Assembly (NCBI GenBank): GCA_965222375.1
Contig: CBDCTZ010000016.1
Location: forward strand, 2,752,001-2,816,000
Source: Polyangiaceae bacterium
GTDB lineage: Bacteria > Myxococcota_A > Polyangia > Polyangiales > Polyangiaceae
Length of the DNA: 64,000 nucleotides
Direction: 5' to 3'
Position 1 is the stretch's first letter. Each line of letters opens with the position of its first letter. Of the stretch, positions 1-9,263 are shown one piece after another. The notes beneath the pieces were generated by a model. The model ran no database searches and was not told the DNA's origin. It worked only from the letters and a program-made list of their open reading frames with translations. Position numbers and translations under genes: made by a program.

Positions 1-23
1 CCGGAATTTACCGGGCGCCGGGG

Positions 24-914
24 CTACATCGCCGGGCCTACATGCCCAGAGTGGTCTCGTCGTCGTCGCCGACTAGCCAGGGGCTGGTCGGCGACGCGCC
101 CCTCTTCGAGTCGCACGCTGCTGTCGTGCTCGTTCATCAGGTCGGCCAGAGCCACGGACGCGGTCGTGGCGGCCAAGAGAGACCCGGCAGGAAAGAACTC
201 GCCCAACACGCTGCTCACATGAGCTTGGCACAACACGCGCGCAGGCCGCCCGGTGTAGCCCACTCGAAAACCGAGCTCGACGGCCCCGGTGGTGACCTGG
301 GAGTGCAGATCCATCAACTCTCCAGCCCGGCGCGCTGCCCGCAAGCCGGCCACCCGAGCCAAGATCAGCGCTCGGCCATCGTGAAAGGCCGGATCTTCGA
401 TTTTACGCGCCGTGACCTGCTTCATGCGGATTTCCACGTGTGCCACTTCTCCCGTCCAAGCGCCCTCGGTGCCGGGCTCCGCGCCTTGGATCGCCATGCC
501 GAGTTCCTCGATGGCACGCCACAGCAAGCGCGTGTTGCCGCGGATCATCGACAGCACATGGCGATCGATCGGCCTGAGCTGGGCCCACGCCGTTGAAGGA
601 ACGGTCCGACCTGGACCCAGGGCGCGCTGGATCCCCTCGGGTACAGCGGTGGGATCGGGATCGAAAAGCCGCTGGAACATCTTCATCTGCCGAGGTGGCG
701 ATTCCATCAGCGCGTTGCGTACAACCGTGCTGTCCACGACGGGTTGACTACCCGCAAGAGAGATCTTGAGCCGGGCTTCGTGGGGCGTGGCCTCCCAGCC
801 CTCCCGGGACAGCAGCATGCCCGTGAGCCGCAGCGCACGAAGTGCGCATAGCGGCGGCCGCTCGAGCCTGGCCATATCGAGCGGGCCCTCGAAGTCGTAG
901 AGGATGATCGTCAC
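24..914 (-). CDS. Fusion of nitrate-reductase-associated (NarM-like) N-terminal domain and degenerate MoaC-like C-terminal domain
   Basis: The N-terminal LYDFEG..LERPPLCALRALRLTGMLLSREGW and WAQLRPIDRHVL resemble the nitrate reductase-associated protein family. The C-terminal GRALILARVAGLRAARRAGELMDL..LLAATTASVALADL parallels MoaC GDVL..ARIAGI.AAK..LIPLCH..AL.A.SVAALTIYDM. GTG at 914 chosen as start (ORF open to 998). Possible 1-nt frameshift near 80-83. Confidence 0.6.
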   Translation of the reverse strand: MTIILYDFEGPLDMARLERPPLCALRALRLTGMLLSREGWEATPHEARLKISLAGSQPVVDSTVVRNALMESPPRQMKMFQRLFDPDPTAVPEGIQRALGPGRTVPSTAWAQLRPIDRHVLSMIRGNTRLLWRAIEELGMAIQGAEPGTEGAWTGEVAHVEIRMKQVTARKIEDPAFHDGRALILARVAGLRAARRAGELMDLHSQVTTGAVELGFRVGYTGRPARVLCQAHVSSVLGEFFPAGSLLAATTASVALADLMNEHDSSVRLEEGRVADQPLASRRRRRDHSGHVGPAM

Positions 915-1026
915 GATGGCTGGCCGAAGATTACCCCAGTCAGGGAGCGTGCTGGGCGCCCAATTCTCCCCAATTGGTCTTGGCGACGTGCTAACCACCG
1001 GGTGCCCACCAAGGTCGAGTTAGCTC

Positions 1027-2241
1027 ATGGACGCCCTCCACCCGAATCGAATCGTCATCCACGTGGCCGGCATCGACCGCCCGGGTGTCACAGCTCGCTT
1101 GGCGCAGATCATCGCCGAGGAAAACGCCCAGCTGGTCAACATCGGCCAGAGCGTGCTGCACGGCTATCTGACCCAGAGCGCGATTGTCGACATTCCGCCG
1201 AACTCCAACGCGCTCAGGCAGATCCTGTTCTCGGCCAGCGAGCTGGGGCTGCGCCTGGAGGTCAGCGCCTTCGAGCCGAGTCAGATCACACGGCCCGCGG
1301 CTCTGGTGCCGGGGCTGTGCGTGACCGTGCTCGGCAATCTCGCCGACGGTGCAGCCGTCGCGCGCATCACTCGAGAGATGGCAGACCGCGCCATGAACAT
1401 CTCCGAAATCCGCTCTTTGAGTGACGAAGGGTTGACGGGGCTGGAGCTGATTGCGGATCTCGGTGACAGCGCGAACGTGAACGACAAGGAGCTCTCCAAG
1501 CTGCGGGGACACTTACTCGAGTTGGGGGTTTCCCTGGGCGCCGACGTGGCGGTGCAGCGCGATGACATTTTCCGTCGCAACAAGCGTCTGGTGTGCATGG
1601 ACGTGGACTCCACCTTCGTCAAAGGCGAGTTCATCGACGAGTTGGCGGCGCTAGCTGGCGTGAAAGACCGCGTCGCGGACATCACGGCCCGCGCCATGCG
1701 TGGTGAGCTGGACTTTCGGGCCGCCCTGGCCGAGCGGGTGAAGCTGCTGGAAGGGCTGAGCTTCGAAAAGGCCAAGACCCTATCCGAAGAAGTGGAACTG
1801 ACTCCGGGCGCGGATCGTTTTGTGAAGATCCTCAAGCGGCTCGGCTTTCGAGTGGGTCTGGTCAGTGGTGGCTTCGACTTCTTCGTCGAAGAGCTCAAGA
1901 CCCGTCATGGGTTGGACTTTGCTTTTTCGAACGAGCTCGAAGTCGATGGCGGCATCATCACGGGTCGCGTGCAAGGCACGGTGGTGGACAGCGAGCGCAA
2001 AGCTCAAGTGCTCAAAGACATGGCCAAGGTCTACAAAGTACGCCTCGAGCAAACCGTTGCCATCGGCGACGGCGCCAATGACATGTTGATGCTGCAGACG
2101 GCCGGGCTGGGCATCGCGTTCCGCGCCAAGCCGAAGCTACAGGAGGTGGCTCACATGAGTCTGAACCACCACGAGCGCCTGGACACGCTGCTATTCCTGA
2201 TGGGCTTTGCGGCGCGGGACTTGGAATCCATCGCGACCTAG
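1027..2241 (+). CDS. serB: Phosphoserine phosphatase with two N-terminal ACT domains
   Basis: ACT motif GIDRPGVT; HAD motifs DVDST, SGGF and GDGANDMLML. Confidence 0.95.
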   Translation: MDALHPNRIVIHVAGIDRPGVTARLAQIIAEENAQLVNIGQSVLHGYLTQSAIVDIPPNSNALRQILFSASELGLRLEVSAFEPSQITRPAALVPGLCVTVLGNLADGAAVARITREMADRAMNISEIRSLSDEGLTGLELIADLGDSANVNDKELSKLRGHLLELGVSLGADVAVQRDDIFRRNKRLVCMDVDSTFVKGEFIDELAALAGVKDRVADITARAMRGELDFRAALAERVKLLEGLSFEKAKTLSEEVELTPGADRFVKILKRLGFRVGLVSGGFDFFVEELKTRHGLDFAFSNELEVDGGIITGRVQGTVVDSERKAQVLKDMAKVYKVRLEQTVAIGDGANDMLMLQTAGLGIAFRAKPKLQEVAHMSLNHHERLDTLLFLMGFAARDLESIAT

Positions 2242-2378
2242 TCCGAAGGCCCGTGCGCCGGCTGGGGATCTCGAAGCGAGTCCCTCCTCCGCAGGAAGGT
2301 TTTTGGGGATGTGGCGGCTCAGCGCGTCATCGAGAGTTCTTCGAGAACCGTTGCTGGGTCGCTGCGTCTGAGTTGCGC

Positions 2379-3476
2379 TCAGCTCGGCTCGGACCAGCGC
2401 TTGGCCAAGGCGCGCATCACCGAGGGCACGACGCCGAAGTGAGCGCAGTGGTCGAGCTTGCCATTGCCCGCGTAGCCCCTGGCATGGAAGCGCCCAACCG
2501 AGAACATCTCGTGCAGCTCGAGGCCGAGGGGATCCCGTCGAAACACGCGCTTGGGCCGCCCGCCGAGGGCATGCACCAAAAAGTGGGTGGCCTCGGTGCT
2601 GGAGGCGTAGTCCGCCGTGTCGATGGCGGAGTGGCTGACGTAGAAGAACGTTTCGCCCTTGGCCGCGCGTTTGGCAAACTGCGTGAACGGGGCCAGAGCC
2701 GCTGCTTTCCGCGACGGCTCTCGAGACGCGTGCAAGCTATCGATCAGGACGACGGCGTCCACGCGTTTGCCCAGGGGTTGCTCGAGGATCTCGGCGACGG
2801 CCTCGAAGCCGCGGCTCCAACCCATCAGGGCCAAGCGCCGGACGCGCAGCAGTGTTTTGGCTCGCTTGCTGGCGTGCCTTTCCACAGACGCGATGATGCG
2901 CTCGAACAACTTTGGATCCTTGAAGGGTGGGCCATAGGCTGCGCCGATCCCCAAGCTGATCCCGAGCAGGGCAAGATCTTCGCCGCTGCGCACGACTTCT
3001 TTACGGGCGGGGCGGTGCCCGTGGAAGTGCACGACCAAGTCGAAGCTCCCGTTCGCGTCGCCTGGGCGGGTCTTGGGCCAGAGCAGCTGGCCCCGGGGAC
3101 GCATCGCGGCGAAGGGCTCGTGCCCTCCCCAACCCGGGTCCGGCGCCTCGCAAGGCAGAACGCCGCCCCGTTCTTTGGGACTGCGGGAGTACTGCAGCTC
3201 CTTGTCTGGGCGTGCATTGGGAAACGCCGGGGCCCGCGGGGACGCCTTGGGGGCTGAAACGGGCGCGGGGGGACGACTCGGTTCCAGCGGGTCGCTGAGG
3301 GGGGCCCGGGCCGCAGACGGCTGCGCCTTGGGTTGCGCAGACGGCGCTGCGGCCGAGGACGCGAGCGCAGCCGACGGGGTCGGGGAAGGGCCCGACTCGG
3401 CACATGCCGCGAGCGCCCCAACCAGGCACAGACTCGAGAGCCTTGACGAGCGCGGCCAGCGGCTGGAAACCCTCAT
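2379..3476 (-). CDS. Putative lipoprotein, alpha/beta-hydrolase-like fold
   Basis: Lipobox LAAC, Pro/Ala linker, VVHFHG, GWSRG nucleophile-elbow motif, VDAVVLIDSLH, terminal DHC; start uncertain. Confidence 0.6.
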   Translation of the reverse strand: MRVSSRWPRSSRLSSLCLVGALAACAESGPSPTPSAALASSAAAPSAQPKAQPSAARAPLSDPLEPSRPPAPVSAPKASPRAPAFPNARPDKELQYSRSPKERGGVLPCEAPDPGWGGHEPFAAMRPRGQLLWPKTRPGDANGSFDLVVHFHGHRPARKEVVRSGEDLALLGISLGIGAAYGPPFKDPKLFERIIASVERHASKRAKTLLRVRRLALMGWSRGFEAVAEILEQPLGKRVDAVVLIDSLHASREPSRKAAALAPFTQFAKRAAKGETFFYVSHSAIDTADYASSTEATHFLVHALGGRPKRVFRRDPLGLELHEMFSVGRFHARGYAGNGKLDHCAHFGVVPSVMRALAKRWSEPS

Positions 3477-3484
3477 CGCGAAAC

Positions 3485-4240
3485 ATGAAGCTATCACGCC
3501 TGCGCTCGCTGCCCTTAGTCTCCAGTGAAGAGGAATTGGAAGGGGTTGCGCCCCTCGCATTCGAACGCTGCGCCCGGCAATGTCGCGCCGGCGACCCCCT
3601 GCACAGCGGGCTCTTGCGGGTCGGGGCCTTGATAGCGCGGCATGCGCTCAACACCGCCGTGGCGCCCGGAGGGCGCGCCGCATTCGCGAGTGCATTGGCG
3701 ATTCTTGAAGACTTTGCGTCGGGCGGCGGCAGCCTGGACGCGGTCAAGAAGGCACGCAGCGAAGGCTTTGCCGCGTCGCTCGAAGCAGAGCGTCGCACGG
3801 CGGATGCCGTGCGTGCGGCTCTCGCCTCAGCGCCTCGCAAGCAACACACGGAAATAGACACCCACGCCGACGCCGTTGTCGTGCGCCAAGTGGGGCTAGG
3901 TGCCCACTATGCAGCCAGCGCCGTGCTGGTCGTTCTAGACGCTGCCGCCGAGCCCGCCGTCTTGCCCCGGGTGGTGCCTCAAGCCGCCGGCGCCGTCGCC
4001 TACCAGTCCGCGGGTTTCGGCCCGGCGCGGTCGCAGCAATTGCGCGCCTATGCCCTGGAACAGGCCGCGGTGGAAGTCGAGCGGCCGTTTTCGATTCCTG
4101 ATCACGGTCCTCGAGCCGTGGCCGTGCAGCTCTTTCACGAATTCTTGGGGGCGCACTGGAAGGACATCAGCGACGCCAATCGCGTGTTCTTCTCAGAGGT
4201 CATCGAATGGGCGCTGCCAGCCCGGGTGCGCCCGAGCTGA
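3485..4240 (+). CDS. Hypothetical protein
   Basis: Ala-rich helical ORF filling the gap, ending next to the stop of the convergent OMT gene; no family recognised. Confidence 0.55.
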   Translation: MKLSRLRSLPLVSSEEELEGVAPLAFERCARQCRAGDPLHSGLLRVGALIARHALNTAVAPGGRAAFASALAILEDFASGGGSLDAVKKARSEGFAASLEAERRTADAVRAALASAPRKQHTEIDTHADAVVVRQVGLGAHYAASAVLVVLDAAAEPAVLPRVVPQAAGAVAYQSAGFGPARSQQLRAYALEQAAVEVERPFSIPDHGPRAVAVQLFHEFLGAHWKDISDANRVFFSEVIEWALPARVRPS

Positions 4241-4241
4241 G

Positions 4242-4904
4242 TCAGCGTTTGCGGGCGACGAACACGCCGTCCCCAATCGGCACCAGGCTGACGCTGACCC
4301 GCTCGTCCTTGCCGAGCTTGTCGTTCAACGCGCGGATCGCGACCGTATCCGTCTCGAGGTTTTCGGGATCAGCGACGTCGCCGCCCCACAGTGTGTTGTC
4401 CACGGCGACTAGGCCGCCGGGCCGCAACAACCGCAAGCACAGCTCGTAGTACTGTCCGTAGTTGCCCTTGTCGGCATCGATAAAGGCGAAATCGAAGCTG
4501 CCCTCGCGTCCGTCGTCGATCAGCTTCGTCAGGGTATCTAGCGCCGGGGCGAGCCGCAGGTCGATCCGCGACGCGAGGCCAGCGCGCTCCCAGTAGCGGC
4601 GTCCGATCGAGGTCCATTCCTCGTTGACGTCACAGGCGATGAGCTTCCCGTCCTCGGGCAAGACGGCTGCTACGGCAATAGCGCTATAACCCGTGAAAGT
4701 TCCGACCTCGATGGCATGCTTGGCGCCGATGGTCTCGGCCAGAAGCGCCAGGAACTGACCCTGCTCAGGCGAGATCTGCATGCGCGACATGGGCAGCCCT
4801 GCGGTTTCTGCTCGCAGCTCGGCCAGCACGTCGGTCTCTCGCGAGCTGACCCGTAGCAGGTAGTCGTAGGTTCGGTCGTCCAAACTAATGGTGCGTGTGC
4901 TCAT
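4242..4904 (-). CDS. Class I SAM-dependent O-methyltransferase (caffeoyl-CoA OMT / Methyltransf_3 family)
   Basis: MQISPEQGQFL, EVGTFTGYS, FDFAFIDADK and DNTLW motifs; ATGA overlap with the upstream M20 stop. Confidence 0.92.
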   Translation of the reverse strand: MSTRTISLDDRTYDYLLRVSSRETDVLAELRAETAGLPMSRMQISPEQGQFLALLAETIGAKHAIEVGTFTGYSAIAVAAVLPEDGKLIACDVNEEWTSIGRRYWERAGLASRIDLRLAPALDTLTKLIDDGREGSFDFAFIDADKGNYGQYYELCLRLLRPGGLVAVDNTLWGGDVADPENLETDTVAIRALNDKLGKDERVSVSLVPIGDGVFVARKR

Positions 4905-6247
4905 GGCTTCGTGGAGAACTTGTGTACCAGATCGAAGAGTACGCGCTGGCCCCAAGTGTAGCCATCCACGGGAATGCGCTCGTTATGACCGTGATACATG
5001 CGTGTGAAGTTCAGGTCGGCCGGCAACTTGACCGGAGAAAAGCCATATACGGTGGCTCCCATGCGCGCGTAGGCGAAAGCGTCCGTGAAGCCCGGGATCA
5101 TATAGGGAACGACCTCTCCCCCTGGGTCGTGGGTCCCGATTACGTCGCGGATGGCGTCATATAGGGGCGACCGGTCGCTGAAGGTCACACCGTCATGTTG
5201 AGTCTGCACGTTGAGGCGCACGTCCGGACCCACGATGTTTTGAACCTCGCTCAAGAAACTGCTCACGGTTTGCCCGGGAATGGTTCGGCCGTCGAGCTGG
5301 GCACGTGCCTCGGAGGGGATCACGTTCACTTTGCGGCCGGCGGAGAGCTGAGTCGGCGAAACCGTGTTGCGCAGCATGGCGCCAATGCCGCGAGCTTGAT
5401 CCGGGTTCTGCTTGTTCAAGACTTCGAGTAGCGCACCCGCCAGGCGCGGATTGAGCAAGAGGGGCAGTGCCTTGTTCTGTGGAAACGGCGCCGCGTTGGC
5501 CAGGGTGTGCAAGAAGCGCTCGACGACGTGGGTATTGTGCTGGGGCAGCCGCGCCTTGCCGAGTTTGGCGACGGCACGGGCCAACTTCACCACAGCGTTG
5601 TCGGGGTGGGGCATCGAACCGTGGCCGGGCTCGCCGGTGGCCAGAACCTCGAACCAGCAGATCCCCTTCTCGGAAACCTGTACCGGGTAGAAGCGCGTAT
5701 TGCCGAAGTGCAAAGTGTGGCCGCCCACTTCATTCAACACGAATTCCGAGCGCACTAGCTCGGGGTGCTTTTCCACCAAGAACACCGAGCCATACTCGCT
5801 GCCCGCTTCTTCGTCGGCCACGCCGCTGAAGATCAAATCTCGACTCAGCTGTGCGCTGCTGCGCTTGAGCAACACCAGCGTCATGGCGCTCATGGCGACC
5901 ATATTCTTCATGTCGATGGTGCCCCGCCCCCAAATGCAGCCTTCCTCGATCTTCGCTTCGAAGGGCGGCTGAGCCCAGTGCTCGGGATCCGCAGGCACGA
6001 CGTCCAGGTGCCCGTTGAGCAACAACGGCCCTTTGTCGCTAGCGCCCCGCAGTCGCGCCACGATGTTGGCGCGAGTCGGTGCGCTTTCGATCAGTTCGTA
6101 CTCGATGCCCGCGCTTTCGAAGAGGCGCGCCAGACGCTCCGCAGCGGGTCGCTCGTTGCCCGGCGGGTTTGTGGTGTCGATCCGAAGCAGATCCCGAAAT
6201 AGCTCGACGGACTCCCGGTTCGCTTGCTCCCAGTCGACGTCCTTCAT
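4901..6247 (-). CDS. M20/M25/M40 family metallo-hydrolase (ArgE/DapE-like)
   Basis: NGHLDVVP, GRGTIDMK, ADEE, NE, GHGS, GFTD and HGHNE motifs; GGGAG Shine-Dalgarno before ATG 6247. Confidence 0.92.
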   Translation of the reverse strand: MKDVDWEQANRESVELFRDLLRIDTTNPPGNERPAAERLARLFESAGIEYELIESAPTRANIVARLRGASDKGPLLLNGHLDVVPADPEHWAQPPFEAKIEEGCIWGRGTIDMKNMVAMSAMTLVLLKRSSAQLSRDLIFSGVADEEAGSEYGSVFLVEKHPELVRSEFVLNEVGGHTLHFGNTRFYPVQVSEKGICWFEVLATGEPGHGSMPHPDNAVVKLARAVAKLGKARLPQHNTHVVERFLHTLANAAPFPQNKALPLLLNPRLAGALLEVLNKQNPDQARGIGAMLRNTVSPTQLSAGRKVNVIPSEARAQLDGRTIPGQTVSSFLSEVQNIVGPDVRLNVQTQHDGVTFSDRSPLYDAIRDVIGTHDPGGEVVPYMIPGFTDAFAYARMGATVYGFSPVKLPADLNFTRMYHGHNERIPVDGYTWGQRVLFDLVHKFSTKP

Positions 6248-6388
6248 CGCGATCTCCCGTACTGGCGCAGCCATTCTCACTGCAGTGACGAGTCGTTTCG
6301 GGGTTGCGGACCCGAAACCCGAGGGTGGGGCCCTGCTGCGCTGTTTGGCAACACAAGGCGAGTCCACCGATTCGACAGAATCGATGTA

Positions 6389-7180
6389 CTAGACCAGCAG
6401 CTCGCCTGTAAAGACGGTCACGGCGCGGCCCACGAGGACGACCCGCTCACCGCGAAGTTCCGTAGCTACCCGGCCTCCTCGAGTCGAGGCCTGGTAGCCC
6501 CGCAGCGACGTTGGCCCGAGCTTACCGCTCCAATAGGGAGCCAGGACGCAGTGGGCGGAGCCCGTGACGGGGTCTTCGTCCACACCCGAGCCCGGTGCGA
6601 AGAAGCGCGAGACGAAATCCGTGTCCTTCATCGAGGCTCGTGCGGTGACGATGACCCCCCGCGCGTCGACGCTTCGTAGCTTTGGGTAGTCGGGCCGGAG
6701 CTGGCGCAGCGCCGCCTCGGACTCGACTTCCACCAAGTAGTCGAAGCGGCTGCGTCCGACCCAAAGCGCCTGCGTTCCTAGCGCCGCCAACAGACCCTCG
6801 GGGGCGTCGGCTTCCTCAGGGGGAAGCGCGGGGAAGTCCAAGCTGATGCCAGCGCTCGAGCTCTCCGCGGACAGCCGGCCACTCTTGGTCGCGAAGCGCG
6901 CTGGTTGTTCCGCCGATAGCAGCCCGCGCTGCCAGAGCACGTGAGCGCTGGCGAGGGTGGCGTGGCCACACAGTTCGACCTCCACATTCGGTGTGAACCA
7001 ACGCAGGCCGAAGCCGTCATCCTGGCGGAGCAGAAAAGCGGTTTCTGACAGGTTCATCTCCGCGCCGACGCACTGCATCCAATCGGCGGGTCGCTTTCGA
7101 TCGAGGATCACCACGGCGGCCGGATTGCCCGAGAAGGGCCCATCGGCAAAGGCATCGACCTGATACAGCTCAAGGGGCAT
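6389..7180 (-). CDS. PhzF family epimerase/isomerase
   Basis: QVDAF, GNPAAV, NLSETAF, EVELCGHATLA and EDPVTGSAH motifs. Confidence 0.93.
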   Translation of the reverse strand: MPLELYQVDAFADGPFSGNPAAVVILDRKRPADWMQCVGAEMNLSETAFLLRQDDGFGLRWFTPNVEVELCGHATLASAHVLWQRGLLSAEQPARFATKSGRLSAESSSAGISLDFPALPPEEADAPEGLLAALGTQALWVGRSRFDYLVEVESEAALRQLRPDYPKLRSVDARGVIVTARASMKDTDFVSRFFAPGSGVDEDPVTGSAHCVLAPYWSGKLGPTSLRGYQASTRGGRVATELRGERVVLVGRAVTVFTGELLV

Positions 7181-7268
7181 GACCGGCAGCATAACGCGGT
7201 CCTGCACAGATGGGAGCGAAGGCGGCTTCGCTTTGACCTGAGGCTCCCTTTCCGTCACCCTTGTCCGC

Positions 7269-8450
7269 ATGCGGGTCGTGGCAATTGCGAGTGGGATCCT
7301 GATTGCTGCCGCGTGCAGCGCTAGCTCCGATGACGGCAGTGGGGTGGCCGGAGGCGGGGGCAACGGTGGCGGTGCTGCCTCGGGAACGGGCGCGACCAGC
7401 GGAAGCGGTGGCGGTATCGTCATCAACGACGGTGGCAGCGCCGCTGCGGGGGGCACCCTCGGCGACGCAGCTTGCGCGACCAGCACCATCAACGGTGAGC
7501 GCACGCCCCTCGACATGTACATCGTCTTCGACCGTTCAGGCTCGATGGGCGGTACCCTGTGGACGTCGACTAAGCAGGCGTTCCTCACCTTCATTGGATC
7601 ACCCGACACGGTGGGGATCGGTGTGGGCCTGCAGTTCTTCCCCCCCGGCACCGGCTCCGGGGCCAACTGCAACTTGCCGCCTTGTCCCGTTGGTTGCATT
7701 CCTTTCGGCCCCCTGTGCGTTCCGGCCGGAGATGAAGGCTGCTTGATCAACGACTACAAGCCGCCTTCGGTGTTCATCGAGCAATTGCCGGCCGTAGCGC
7801 CCAAGATCACCGCCGCCCTCAACGGTACGTCCCCGGGTGGCGGCACTCCAACGCTTCCTGCAATGCAGGCCGCAGCGCAGTCCGTCAGCGCTTACGCCGC
7901 ACAAAACCTTGATCGCAAGGTCATCATCGTGCTTGCGACGGACGGCAACCCCAACGACTGCAATAGCGACATCCCATCCGTGGCGAACGTTGCGAGTGCC
8001 GCAGCGGCTGGCAGTCCTCCCGTTCAGACCTTCGTCATCGGCATCAACAACACCGGCGTCAACATCAGCGGTCTCGACCAGATCGCGGCCGCTGGCGGCA
8101 CCAACAAGGCCTTGGTCGTCCAGCCTGCCAATGCGGGCAAAGAGTTCTTGGACGCGATCAAGAAGATCCAGGGACAAGCACTGGGCTGTACCTTCAAGGT
8201 GCCGACTCCGCCCCCAGGCGAGACCCTCAATCCCAATCAGGTCAACGTCTACTACACGCCTGCTTCTGGCAGTCCCCAGCTCATCTACAAGGTCGACAAC
8301 GCAGCCGCCTGCGATCCGACTCAGGGCGGCTGGTACTACGGCAGTCCGAAAGAGATCGTGCTCTGCCCCGCGAACTGCACGGCCATCGAAGGCACCAAGG
8401 GCGAAATCCGGATCGAGTTGGGCTGCGCCTCGGTCACGCCGCCTAGGTAA
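7269..8450 (+). CDS. VWA-domain Cys-rich lipoprotein
   Basis: Lipobox IAAAC, Gly-rich linker, MIDAS motif DRSGSM, TPT, ATDG, Cys-rich C-terminal module (GGWYY..LCP..C). Confidence 0.85.
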   Translation: MRVVAIASGILIAAACSASSDDGSGVAGGGGNGGGAASGTGATSGSGGGIVINDGGSAAAGGTLGDAACATSTINGERTPLDMYIVFDRSGSMGGTLWTSTKQAFLTFIGSPDTVGIGVGLQFFPPGTGSGANCNLPPCPVGCIPFGPLCVPAGDEGCLINDYKPPSVFIEQLPAVAPKITAALNGTSPGGGTPTLPAMQAAAQSVSAYAAQNLDRKVIIVLATDGNPNDCNSDIPSVANVASAAAAGSPPVQTFVIGINNTGVNISGLDQIAAAGGTNKALVVQPANAGKEFLDAIKKIQGQALGCTFKVPTPPPGETLNPNQVNVYYTPASGSPQLIYKVDNAAACDPTQGGWYYGSPKEIVLCPANCTAIEGTKGEIRIELGCASVTPPR

Positions 8451-8549
8451 GCGATCGCTCCGTCACCCCGCGGTGCTAGCGCCCCGGCGCGACCCCGGGC
8501 GAACACGGCCCTGCGTGAGGCAGGGAAGCGACTCCCAACCCAAGGAAAC

Positions 8550-8575
8550 CAAAGTTAGTCGATCGACTAACTTTG
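8550..8575. promoter_or_regulatory. Perfect 26-bp palindrome, candidate dimeric-repressor operator
   Basis: CAAAGTTAGTCGA|TCGACTAACTTTG has no spacer, is AT-rich relative to the background and is intergenic. Confidence 0.5.
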
Positions 8576-8779
8576 AGCCGCCCGCCGACCCGCGCTGGAG
8601 CGATGGTTGGGGAGGCCTGCCGACCGCGACGCGCCAAGTTCGACACGCGCGGAGCGTCGCTCCACCGACCGAAGCGAGCTGGGTCCGGCTCCGAATCAGC
8701 CTTTTCTGACTTGGATCGCTCGCAATCAGCCGCTAACCACCTGAAAAACCTAAGAAATCACGTCGAGAGATCCGATCAC

Positions 8780-8924
8780 TGGCGCCACCATCAGCGCTCG
8801 CGCTTCGGGAACCACCGCTGACGCCCTGGTGTTGAACAATGTCGACATCCCTGCAGGAGCCGTCGTCACTGCTTTCGCCATCGGCAACCTCGGCGGAACA
8901 CCTCAGAGACCGTCGCTTCCCTGA
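8780..8924 (+). pseudogene. Orphan C-terminal gene fragment (possibly DUF4397-like)
   Basis: Startless frame reads ATISARASGTTADALVLNNVDIPAGAVVTAFAIGNLGG with protein-like codon usage. Confidence 0.4.
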
Positions 8925-8926
8925 AC

Positions 8927-9124
8927 GAGCGTCCCTTTGACGTCGCACACAGCGCGGGCACGCTCTGGTACACGACGGCCGAGCCCGCCTGGTTGATGGA
9001 GTATGCGACCGCGGGCGATGTGGAACTCGCGGGACTGGTTCAACCGAACGCACCCCTCGCTCACGACGGCCAGTTCCTGTACTGGTCTTCGCCGGGCGTG
9101 GGAATCCTACGCCTCAAACGCTAG
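8927..9124 (+). pseudogene. Orphan C-terminal fragment of a beta-propeller-like protein
   Basis: Frame reads ERPFDVAHSAGTLWYTT..LAHDGQFLYWSSPGVGILRLKR-stop, typical of propeller blades; no N-terminus. Confidence 0.4.
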
Positions 9125-9263
9125 GAAGGGAGCGCGCAGACGGTGTCAGCCTGCCGCCGCTGCGGCGAGGCCTGAGATCGAGGAGATCCTGCGCCTTGGG
9201 CGCTAGGAAGGGGAGCGCGCAGACGGCATCAGCCTGCCGCTGCGGCGAAGCCCGAGGATTGAG
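9119..9263. repeat. Diverged tandem duplication (period 82 bp) spanning the 3' end of the dehydratase gene
   Basis: CGCTAGGAAGGG(G)AGCGCGCAGACGG..TCAGCCTGCCGC..TGCGGCGA occurs at 9119 and 9201. Confidence 0.8.
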
